Origin: Dehalococcoidales bacterium | Lineage (GTDB): Bacteria > Chloroflexota > Dehalococcoidia > Dehalococcoidales > JAUWZL01 | Direction of reading: 5' to 3' | Length of the DNA stretch: 64,000 nucleotides | NCBI GenBank assembly: GCA_034413595.1 | Contig: DAOUMC010000030.1 | Span: forward strand, 19,606 to 83,605 | Shown here: in pieces, positions 35,760-43,832 of the stretch | How the letters are laid out: each line of letters begins with the position of its first letter | Position numbering within the stretch: the first letter of the stretch is position 1 | Notes under the pieces: model-generated | What the model was told of the DNA's origin: nothing | Databases searched by the model: none | The model's input: the letters and a program-made list of their open reading frames with translations, nothing else | Translations under genes and position numbers: made by a program

Positions 35760-36698
35760 GTGATGGCTACCAATGAAAAATCAATCCAGAGAAGAAGAGG
35801 CACAAAGACAAGCGCCTTCGGTTCACCGGGAAGAATAAACCACGATTCAACCCGGTTCTATGCCAGTAAGCTTTATGAGGATTTGCCAATGCCAAAACAG
35901 GTTGAATATGTAGAAAACACCATCCCATCACAGTTTTTGGATAGAGTTTTTTGTAAAAGCAGTGAAAAGATGGATGAATTGCCAGATGCCAGTATTCACC
36001 TGATGGTTACCTCACCGCCCTATAATGTGGGTAAGGAGTATGACGAGAACCTGTCGCTTAAAGAATATAGACAATTCTTGAAGCGAGTGTGGCAAGAAGT
36101 CTACAGAGTTCTTGTGCCTGGAGGCAGAGTCTGCGTCAATATAGCCAACCTAGGTAGAAAGCCCTATGTTCCTCTCCATGCTTTTATTGTTGAAGATATG
36201 CTAGGGGTGAGTTTTCTAATGAGGGGGGAGATTATCTGGAATAAAGCATCCAGTTCCAGCCCCTCTACAGCATGGGGGACTTGGTTATCACCGGCTAATC
36301 CAACACTCAGGGATATTCACGAATACATCTTGGTTTTCTCTAAGGAAGCATTCAATAGGAAGCGTCTGCCAGGGAAAACCAGCACGATAAAAAGTGAGCA
36401 GTTTTTGGAATTTACAAAGAGTGTTTGGACATTTTCTGCCGAATCAGCACGCAAGATAGGTCACCCTGCTCCCTTCCCCGTTGAGCTTCCTTACAGGTTA
36501 ATTCAGTTATACACCTTTAAAGATGAGGTTGTTCTAGACCCCTTTTGTGGCAGTGGTTCAGCTTGTATCGCGGCAGTCAAGGCTGGCAGGCATTATATTG
36601 GTTATGATACTGAAAAAGAATATGTGCACTTAGCGGAAAAAAGAATAAAGGAATACAAGCAGCAACTTCCCATGCCTCTGCTTGCGGAGAAAAAATGA
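35760..36698 (+). CDS. Beta-class DNA methyltransferase, probably N4-cytosine (SPPY motif IV)
   Basis: MVTSPPYNVGKEYD (motif IV) at the N-terminus, then HPAPFPVELP and LDPFCGSGSACIAA (motif I) at the C-terminus. The stop overlaps the gltX ATG (ATGA). Confidence 0.85.
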   Translation: MMATNEKSIQRRRGTKTSAFGSPGRINHDSTRFYASKLYEDLPMPKQVEYVENTIPSQFLDRVFCKSSEKMDELPDASIHLMVTSPPYNVGKEYDENLSLKEYRQFLKRVWQEVYRVLVPGGRVCVNIANLGRKPYVPLHAFIVEDMLGVSFLMRGEIIWNKASSSSPSTAWGTWLSPANPTLRDIHEYILVFSKEAFNRKRLPGKTSTIKSEQFLEFTKSVWTFSAESARKIGHPAPFPVELPYRLIQLYTFKDEVVLDPFCGSGSACIAAVKAGRHYIGYDTEKEYVHLAEKRIKEYKQQLPMPLLAEKK

Positions 36699-38158
36699 CC
36701 ATTCCAGTCCGTGTTCGCTATGCTCCCAGTCCCACCGGCTTTCCCCACGTGGGCAATATAAGGACGGCCCTTTTCAACTGGCTGTTTGCCCGCCATAACG
36801 GCGGTAGCTTTATCATCCGCATCGAGGATACCGATGTCGCCCGCAGAGTTGAGGGGTCGGCGGAGGCCGTCCTTGAGGCCCTTAGGTGGCTGGGACTGGA
36901 CTGGGACGAGGGGCCTGAGGTGGGGGGTAAATTCGGCCCTTATTTTCAGTCGCAGCGCCTGAAGCTTTACCAGCAGGCGGCCAAGCGGCTGGTGGAACAG
37001 GGAGATGCCTACTACTGCTACTGCACCCCGGAGCGTCTGGAGAAGATGCGGCAGGAGCAGGTCAGGTGCAAGCTGCCTCCGGGCTATGACCGCCACTGCC
37101 GCGAGCTTTCGGCCACCCAGAGCCTGCTAAAACAGGTGTCCGGCCTGAAAAGGGTGGTCCGCTTCCGCACTCCGCTGGTCGAGCAGACCACTTTTACCGA
37201 TTTAATCCGCGGCGGGGTCACCTTTGACAACGCCACCATAGATGACTTTGTCCTGCTCAAGTCGGACGGCTATCCCACCTATCACCTGGCCAGCGTGGTT
37301 GATGACCACCTGATGGAGATTAGCCACGTCCTCCGGGCTGAGGAGTGGCTTTCCAGCACTCCCCGCCACCTGCTGCTGTATAAGGCTCTCGGCTTTGAGC
37401 CGCCGCAGTTCGCCCACCTGCCCATCCTCTTGGGCAGAGACCGCTCCAAGCTGAGCAAGCGGCACGGGGCGGTGTCAATCACCGAATTCAAGGAGCAGGG
37501 CTATCTGCCTGAGGCCATGGTGAACTTCCTGGCTCTGCTGGGCTGGTCTCTGGATGACAGGACCGAGGTTCTGTCCCAAAAGCAGCTCGTAAACGGTTTC
37601 TCCCTGGAGCGGGTGAGCAAGACGGCTGCCATCTTCAACCGGGAGAAGCTGGACTGGATGAACGGGGTGTATATCCGCAGCCTGGGCCTTGAGGACTTTA
37701 CCCGGCGGGCTATCCCCTTTCTGGAAAAAGGCTTGCCTTCAGAGGTCGAGTGGCCGCTGCCTGATGACTATGTCGGGCGGGTGATGTCTCTTGTTCAAGA
37801 GAGAGCCAGGACTCTGGCCGAGCTGCCTGAGCTTACCGACTTTTTCTTCACCGAAAAGCTGGAATACCAGCCTGAGTTACTAATAGCCAAGAAGATGGAC
37901 AGAGAGTCAACCATGAAGGCCCTGAAAATCTCGCTGGAAAGGCTGGAGGAGCTGCCCGTCTTTGATGAGGTGTCCCTGGAGGCTGTCCTGAGACCTCTAG
38001 CTGAAGAGCTGGGGCTTAAGACCGGGCAGCTATTCGGCACACTGAGGGTGGCCGTTACCGGGCGGCTGGTGGCACCGCCGCTGTTCCAGACGATGGCCGC
38101 TCTGGGCAGTGAGCGCTGCCTTAAGAGAATAAAGGGGGCCATTGACAGGCTGAAATAG
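36695..38158 (+). CDS. gltX: Glutamate--tRNA ligase
   Basis: RVRYAPSPTGFPHVGNIRTALFNW (HIGH-like) and KLSKRHG (KMSKS). Confidence 0.95.
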   Translation: MTIPVRVRYAPSPTGFPHVGNIRTALFNWLFARHNGGSFIIRIEDTDVARRVEGSAEAVLEALRWLGLDWDEGPEVGGKFGPYFQSQRLKLYQQAAKRLVEQGDAYYCYCTPERLEKMRQEQVRCKLPPGYDRHCRELSATQSLLKQVSGLKRVVRFRTPLVEQTTFTDLIRGGVTFDNATIDDFVLLKSDGYPTYHLASVVDDHLMEISHVLRAEEWLSSTPRHLLLYKALGFEPPQFAHLPILLGRDRSKLSKRHGAVSITEFKEQGYLPEAMVNFLALLGWSLDDRTEVLSQKQLVNGFSLERVSKTAAIFNREKLDWMNGVYIRSLGLEDFTRRAIPFLEKGLPSEVEWPLPDDYVGRVMSLVQERARTLAELPELTDFFFTEKLEYQPELLIAKKMDRESTMKALKISLERLEELPVFDEVSLEAVLRPLAEELGLKTGQLFGTLRVAVTGRLVAPPLFQTMAALGSERCLKRIKGAIDRLK

Positions 38159-38162
38159 AGCT

Positions 38163-38780
38163 ATGGAATCAGATTTAGGCAGTCTTGTGCGGATAAGGGA
38201 AGGGCAGGTCGTACCGGCCAGTGAAGTGCTTACCCGGGCGTTTGTTGATGACCCGGACGTTGTTCAGCTTGTTCCCGACGAACACAAAAGAGCCAGAATG
38301 TTGTCGCGTATATTCCGGGTAGAACTCTGTTATGGGGTCAGGCGCGGAGAGGTATACGCATCACCGGGTTTGGAAGGTATCGCCGTGTGGATTCCTTCTG
38401 CGGCATCGAATATGCGGCTGTGGGCTCTGATAGGCTGCGGCGGACTGAGACTGTTGTTCAAGGTGAGCTGGAGATTGCTGTGCCATTTGAAGTGGGAAGA
38501 GGTTTTCAGTTCCAGGTTGCATAAGCGCCTCGCTCCCTTCCCACACTGGTATCTGGCACTGCTGGGGGTTAACCCCGAGTTCCAGGGTAAGGGCTTTGCC
38601 AGCCGGCTTTTGAAACCCATGCTGGCCAGGCTGGAGGCGGAAGACCTGCCCTGCTACCTGGAGACGGTTGAAGAGTATGTCCCGATGTACCAGCACTTCG
38701 GTTTCAGGGTAATCCGCGAAGTGGTGCTTCCCGGAAGCGTGGACAAGATGTGGGTGCTGTTGAAAGGGAAGGTAGCTTGA
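38163..38780 (+). CDS. GNAT-family N-acetyltransferase
   Basis: LLGVNPEFQGKGFASRLLKPML acetyl-CoA binding motif. Confidence 0.8.
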   Translation: MESDLGSLVRIREGQVVPASEVLTRAFVDDPDVVQLVPDEHKRARMLSRIFRVELCYGVRRGEVYASPGLEGIAVWIPSAASNMRLWALIGCGGLRLLFKVSWRLLCHLKWEEVFSSRLHKRLAPFPHWYLALLGVNPEFQGKGFASRLLKPMLARLEAEDLPCYLETVEEYVPMYQHFGFRVIREVVLPGSVDKMWVLLKGKVA

Positions 38781-38845
38781 TTCAAAGCCCCTCTTAGACA
38801 GCCCAATAAAGTAGAGTTGACCAGAATTACTCCAGGAAAATCAGA

Positions 38846-39838
38846 ATGAACAACTTTGAATCAAAATATCTTTCCCTCTACCACTCCGGCGAGCTTGAGA
38901 AGCGTACCGAGAGGCTCTGGGCACGGCTGGCTTCGTGTGACATCTGCCCCCGGGAGTGCGGTGTCAATCGGTTTGGTAGCGAGCCGGGCCTCTGCCATTC
39001 CGGGCATCTGCCCATAGTCGCCTCCTACTGTGACCACCACGGGGAAGAGCCTGTCCTCTCCGGCAGCCGGGGCTCGGGGACGATATTCTTCGGCAACTGC
39101 AATCTGAGGTGCCTCTACTGCCAGAACCACCAGATAAGCCAGAGCTGGAAGAGGCAGAAGTCCAACGAAGTTGACTGTCACACGCTGGCTAAGCACATGC
39201 TCTACCTTCAGGATGAGCTTGGCTGCCACAACATCAACCTGGTGTCGCCGTCGCACTTTGTGCCCCAGATTGTGCGGGCGTTGCTTGATGCCGTGGCCAT
39301 GGGGCTCAAGATACCGCTGGTCTATAACACCAACGGCTATGATTCCCTGAAGACATTAAGCGAGCTTGACGGAGTAATAGACATCTATCTACCTGACATA
39401 AAGTACGCCTCTGACGATTGGGCTGTCAGGCTGTCGCAGGCGCCGGACTATGTCAGGCGCTCAAGGAGCGCCATCAAGGAAATGTACCGGCAGGTCGGTG
39501 AGCTCATGGTGGACGGGCTCGGGATTGCCCGGCACGGGCTGATTGTCCGCCATCTCATACTTCCCAGCGGCCTGGCCGGTAGCAGAGAGTCGCTTACCTG
39601 GCTGGCGAAAGAGGTCTCGCCCGAAGTCAGCGTCAGCCTGATGTCCCAGTACCACCCGATGCACCATGCCCATGAATTCCCCTTGCTTTCCCGGCGCATA
39701 TCGCTCTCTGAATACGAAGAGGCTTTTGAGCTGATGGTTGAGCTGGGTCTGGACCGGGGCTGGGGACAGGGGATGGGTTCTCACGAGGTCTATCTGCCCA
39801 ACTTTGAGCGTGAGGGGCATCCGTTTCGGGCCAGATAG
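38846..39838 (+). CDS. Radical SAM protein (PflX/COG1313-like activase)
   Basis: CNLRCLYCQN CxxxCxxC motif, with an N-terminal CDICPRECGVNR...GLCHSG cluster. Confidence 0.8.
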   Translation: MNNFESKYLSLYHSGELEKRTERLWARLASCDICPRECGVNRFGSEPGLCHSGHLPIVASYCDHHGEEPVLSGSRGSGTIFFGNCNLRCLYCQNHQISQSWKRQKSNEVDCHTLAKHMLYLQDELGCHNINLVSPSHFVPQIVRALLDAVAMGLKIPLVYNTNGYDSLKTLSELDGVIDIYLPDIKYASDDWAVRLSQAPDYVRRSRSAIKEMYRQVGELMVDGLGIARHGLIVRHLILPSGLAGSRESLTWLAKEVSPEVSVSLMSQYHPMHHAHEFPLLSRRISLSEYEEAFELMVELGLDRGWGQGMGSHEVYLPNFEREGHPFRAR

Positions 39839-39845
39839 CCGGGTC

Positions 39846-39959
39846 TTACCTCTTGCGGTTGGTAAAGGAAAAGTCGATTTTCAAGCCGTTGCGCTTCTTG
39901 TCCTTCTTATTGACATTCTCAATGAAGGTCTTCAGGTCTATCTTCTTCTTTTCAGTCAT
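39846..39959 (-). CDS. 37-aa Lys/Arg-rich peptide (hypothetical) with its own strong promoter
   Basis: Below the track's size cutoff. Manual translation: MTEKKKIDLKTFIENVNKKDKKRNGLKIDFSFTNRKR*. GGGAGA lies upstream. Could alternatively be an sRNA. Confidence 0.35.
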   Translation of the reverse strand: MTEKKKIDLKTFIENVNKKDKKRNGLKIDFSFTNRKR

Positions 39960-39992
39960 CTGGTTATCGTCTCCCTTGCAAGCTAGGGATTA

Positions 39993-40021
39993 ATTATACC
40001 AGCATTTTGCTTTAGTGCCAA
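39993..40021 (-). promoter_or_regulatory. Near-consensus sigma-70 promoter (TTGGCA, 17 nt, TGg-TATAAT)
   Basis: -35 at 40021-40016 (inside the last codons of mutM) and -10 at 39998-39993 with a TGn extension. The best promoter match in the window. Confidence 0.7.
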
Positions 40022-40836
40022 GTTTCCGGCTGGCACCTGGGGCAGAAGTAACTTCCCCGCTGGCGGACGGGGATTCTCTGGATTATTGTGCCGCATACCG
40101 GGCAGGGCTTGCCGCCCTGGTGGGCAACCTGGAACCCGGACTGGGCAGCACCGGCCTCGCCACCCGGGCGGAGATAGTTGGCCACACTGGCGCCCTTACT
40201 GCCAATGGCTTTTCGTAATGCCTCCTGGATTGCCAGGTGTAGGTGCTGAATTTCATCGGAAGATAGGCTGTTGGCCGGTCTCAGCGGGTGGATTCTGGCC
40301 AGGAAAAGGGCTTCATCGGCGTACATGTTGCCGATGCCGGCGATAAGACTCTGGTCAATGAGGGCTGCTTTTATGGGCGCCTTTCGTTTGCCTAGAAGCT
40401 CGGAGAGCAACTCGGGAGTGAATTCGGGCCTAAGGGGCTCAGGGCCGAGTTTGTCCAATATGCCATCCCTGCCCTTTATCAGTTGCAGAGTACCGAACTT
40501 GCGGGGGTCGCGGAAGAAAATCCTGGTGTCGTTGTCCAGGTTGATTACAGCCCGGGTGTATTTCGGAGGTGGCGATGAGTCTCTGGCTAACAGAAGTGAG
40601 CCGCTCATCTTGAGATGGACTAGGAGTTGCTCACCGCTTTCAAGATTGAAGATAAGGTATTTCCCCCGCCGGGCAAGACTGACTATCTTTTTTCCCGCGA
40701 TGCGGGAGTAGAACTTCTTAAGCGAGGGCTGGCGCAGCATCCTTTCCCAGAGCAGAGTAACGCTGCTGATTTTGTGACCAACAACAAAGGGTGTTAGCTC
40801 ATTCTTTATGGTTTCAACTTCAGGTAGTTCGGGCAT
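40012..40836 (-). CDS. mutM: Formamidopyrimidine-DNA glycosylase
   Basis: MPELPEVETI...C-terminal zinc finger CPVCGTIIQR...YFCPRCQ. Confidence 0.95.
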   Translation of the reverse strand: MPELPEVETIKNELTPFVVGHKISSVTLLWERMLRQPSLKKFYSRIAGKKIVSLARRGKYLIFNLESGEQLLVHLKMSGSLLLARDSSPPPKYTRAVINLDNDTRIFFRDPRKFGTLQLIKGRDGILDKLGPEPLRPEFTPELLSELLGKRKAPIKAALIDQSLIAGIGNMYADEALFLARIHPLRPANSLSSDEIQHLHLAIQEALRKAIGSKGASVANYLRPGGEAGAAQSGFQVAHQGGKPCPVCGTIIQRIPVRQRGSYFCPRCQPETWH

Positions 40837-40874
40837 TGTATTCCTGTGCTCTTATCGCCTAAAATCCCTCTCGG

Positions 40875-41001
40875 TCTCCATTTATGAAAGGGAGAAGTCA
40901 GGGTTGTCGCCTCTCTTTAGATGCTCAGGTGGACTCTCAAGCACCGCTTTAACTTATATTCCCCCTTCCTTTACAAAAGGAAGGGGGTTAGGGGATGGAT
41001 T
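40875..41001. repeat. Hairpin repeat cluster (TCTCCATTTATGAAAGGGAGA; 11-bp stem CCCCCTTCCTT-tacaa-AAGGAAGGGGG + TTAGGGGATGG)
   Basis: Stems at 40875-40895 and 40961-40971/40977-40987, in the mutM-polA intergenic region. Confidence 0.8.
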
Positions 41002-41008
41002 TCCAGAC

Positions 41009-43732
41009 CTACTCCATCTCTCCCCAGTTCTTGCCGGTCTTGATTTCCACCTTTACCGGCACGCTGAGCTCCAGAGCCGCGGACATCACCCGGGACACCA
41101 GCTTCTTCATCTCCCCCAGCTCGTCCTCGGGCACCTCAAAGATGAGCTCGTCGTGTACCTGGAGCAGTAGCTTGCTCTTGAGCTTTCGCTGTGCCATCTC
41201 CCGGTCAAGTCTGACCATGGCCACCTTGATGATGTCCGCCGATGTCCCCTGCACCGGCATGTTGATGGCCATGCGCTCGGCGGCTTCCCTGAGGATGCGG
41301 TTTGAGGAGTGGATTTCAGGTATCGCCCGTCTCCTGCCCAGTATTGTCTGGACGTAGCCCACCTCCCTCGCCTGTCTCTTGGTGTCTTCAAGGTACTTCT
41401 TCACATCGGGGTATTTCTCAAAATAGGAGGTGATGAACTGCTCCGCCTCCTCCCGCGACAGCTCCGTCGCCTGCTCCAGCCCGTAGCCGCTCATACCGTA
41501 GATGACGCCGAAGTTGACCGTCTTGGCCAGTCGGCGCATGTCTGAAGTAACCCTGTTGGCGGCGACACCCAGCAGTCGGACAGCGGTGGCGGTATGAATG
41601 TCTCCATCCTGCCGGAAGATTTCCAGCAGGCCCGGGTCCTGGGACAGGTGGGCCAGGACCCGCAGGTCAATCTGGGAGTAGTCCCCGGACAGGAGGTAGG
41701 AGCCTGCTGCAGCCACAAACGCCTGCCTTATCTCTATGCCCAGCTCACCGCGAATGGGGATGTTCTGCAGGTTGGGGTCACTGGACGACAGCCTGCCGGT
41801 GGCCGTCCGTGTCTGGTTGAAGCTGGTGTGCACTCTGCTGGTCTTGGGGTTGACCAGGCCGGGCAGGGCGTCAATATAGGTTGACTTGAGCTTGCTAAGC
41901 TGGCGGTACTCCAGGATTTGCTCAATAATCGGGTGGACGCCGCGCAGCTCTTCCAGCACCGAGGCCTCGGTGGAGTAGCCGGTCTTTCTCTTCTTGGCCG
42001 GGGGCAGTTTCAGTTCCTCGAACAGGACCGGGCCCAGCTGCTGGGGGGAGTTTATGTTGAAGCGGTGCCCGGCGTTGTTATAAATCCCGGCCTCAATCTT
42101 GAGCAGCCGCTCGCCGAGGCGGTGTGACATGTCCCTCAGCAGGTCGGTGTTAAGGGCGACCCCGTTTCTCTCCATACGCACCAGTACCGGCACCAGAGGC
42201 ATCTCAACCTCAGAAAATAGCCGCCACAGCTCCTGCTCGTGGAGCTCAGGGGCGAGCAGTTCCGTCAGCCGGCCGGTCATATCGGCGTCGGCACAGGCGT
42301 AGTCACCGGTTCGGCTGATTTCACACTGGGAGATACACAGCTGTTTGGCCCCGGAGCCGATAAGCTCGGTGATGGGTGTCATTTCGATGCCCAGTCTGCC
42401 AAAGACGAGGGCTTTCAGGCCCATTGACTTCTCACCCAGAAGGTAGGCGGCGACCATGGTGTCAAAAGACAGGTTCTCAACACTGATGCCGTTTTCCGCC
42501 AGCACCACCATGTCATACTTGCCGTTGTGGGCCGACTTAGCCAGTGTGGCATCTTCCAGAAAGGGTTTGAGCCTGCTTATCACATGTTCCAGAGGCAGCT
42601 GTTCCACCGGTTCCAGGCAGACATGACCTACCGGAATGTAGTAGGCCTCGCCGGGCACAGGCGAGAAGGACAGGCCTACCAGTTGGGCTGACATCGGGTC
42701 AAGGCTGGTTGTCTCCAGGTCAAAGGCAAAGCTTCCGGCCTTCTTAAGGCGGTTGACCAGTTCATCAAGGGCGTCGGCAGTGCAGATTACGCTGTATTCC
42801 AGCTTCACCGGTGGCTGGCTTTTTCTGGGGATGCTAATCTCCGGCGCCGCCTCTATCAGCTCGGACAGCCTGGGGAGCAGGCTGGCAAACTCAAGTTCAC
42901 GAAAAAGCTCGACCACCTTCTGTCGGTTGAAATGGGAGAGTCTTGATTCCTCTAGGTCGAGTTTAACCGGCGCCTCGGTGACGATGGTGGCCAGCTCCTT
43001 GCTTTTTCGGGCGATGGCCTCGTTATTGCGCAGGAGCTTTTGCAGTCTTTCTGGAGTGGCCTCATCTATGTGCTCGTAAATCTGCTCAATAGTGCCGAAC
43101 TGGTTGATGAGTTTGGTCGCCGTCTTGTCACCAATGCCGGTGACACCAGGGATGTTGTCCGAGAGGTCACCGACTAAAGCTTTCAGGTCGGCGATGTGCT
43201 CCGGGGAGACGCCGTACTTCTGGCTCACCGCCTCCATGTCATAAAGCATGGCATCTGAGAAGGTGCCCCTGGGCTTGGGATAGTAGACCTTGACACGCGG
43301 GGATACCAGCTGCATGGCATCGGCGTCGCCGGTGACGATGACGGTGTCAATGCCCTCTTCGCTGGCCTGGCGGCTCAGGCTGCCCAGGACGTCATCGGCT
43401 TCGTAGCTCTCAAGCTCAAAGACGGGCAAGTCAAAGGCCTCCACTAGCTGCCTCACCCGCCCCAGCTGTCCCACAAGCTCGTGTGGTGTTTCCGGACGCT
43501 GCGCCTTATACTGGTCGTAGAGCTGGTGACGGAATGTGGGCCCCTTCTTATCGAAGGCGATAGCGTAGTGGGTCGGTTTGAGCTCGGTTATCGCCTTGAG
43601 GAGCATGCTGGCAAAGCCATAGACGGCGCCCACCATTTCACCGGTCTTTCTTATCGTCAGCGGCGGCAGGACGTGGTAAGCCCGGTGGAGGAGAGCGTTG
43701 CCATCAATAAGCAACAGAAGCGGCTTCTTCAT
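41009..43732 (-). CDS. polA: DNA polymerase I
   Basis: 907 aa with 5'-nuclease, 3'-5' exonuclease-like and Pol A domains (RRLAKTVNFGVIYG, QVHDELIFE). Confidence 0.95.
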   Translation of the reverse strand: MKKPLLLLIDGNALLHRAYHVLPPLTIRKTGEMVGAVYGFASMLLKAITELKPTHYAIAFDKKGPTFRHQLYDQYKAQRPETPHELVGQLGRVRQLVEAFDLPVFELESYEADDVLGSLSRQASEEGIDTVIVTGDADAMQLVSPRVKVYYPKPRGTFSDAMLYDMEAVSQKYGVSPEHIADLKALVGDLSDNIPGVTGIGDKTATKLINQFGTIEQIYEHIDEATPERLQKLLRNNEAIARKSKELATIVTEAPVKLDLEESRLSHFNRQKVVELFRELEFASLLPRLSELIEAAPEISIPRKSQPPVKLEYSVICTADALDELVNRLKKAGSFAFDLETTSLDPMSAQLVGLSFSPVPGEAYYIPVGHVCLEPVEQLPLEHVISRLKPFLEDATLAKSAHNGKYDMVVLAENGISVENLSFDTMVAAYLLGEKSMGLKALVFGRLGIEMTPITELIGSGAKQLCISQCEISRTGDYACADADMTGRLTELLAPELHEQELWRLFSEVEMPLVPVLVRMERNGVALNTDLLRDMSHRLGERLLKIEAGIYNNAGHRFNINSPQQLGPVLFEELKLPPAKKRKTGYSTEASVLEELRGVHPIIEQILEYRQLSKLKSTYIDALPGLVNPKTSRVHTSFNQTRTATGRLSSSDPNLQNIPIRGELGIEIRQAFVAAAGSYLLSGDYSQIDLRVLAHLSQDPGLLEIFRQDGDIHTATAVRLLGVAANRVTSDMRRLAKTVNFGVIYGMSGYGLEQATELSREEAEQFITSYFEKYPDVKKYLEDTKRQAREVGYVQTILGRRRAIPEIHSSNRILREAAERMAINMPVQGTSADIIKVAMVRLDREMAQRKLKSKLLLQVHDELIFEVPEDELGEMKKLVSRVMSAALELSVPVKVEIKTGKNWGEME

Positions 43733-43781
43733 ATCTTAATTATAGCAGACAAAGGGATAATGTGGTTTTGTTGACAGGCTG

Positions 43782-43790
43782 TGTTAGAAT
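43782..43790 (+). promoter_or_regulatory. Extended -10 element TGt-TAGAAT upstream of the cytochrome gene
   Basis: 43 nt upstream of ATG 43833. GGGAGG Shine-Dalgarno follows. Confidence 0.3.
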
Positions 43791-43832
43791 ATTCTTGAGG
43801 AAAGGTATTTTATCAGGGCAGGGAGGTGAAGC

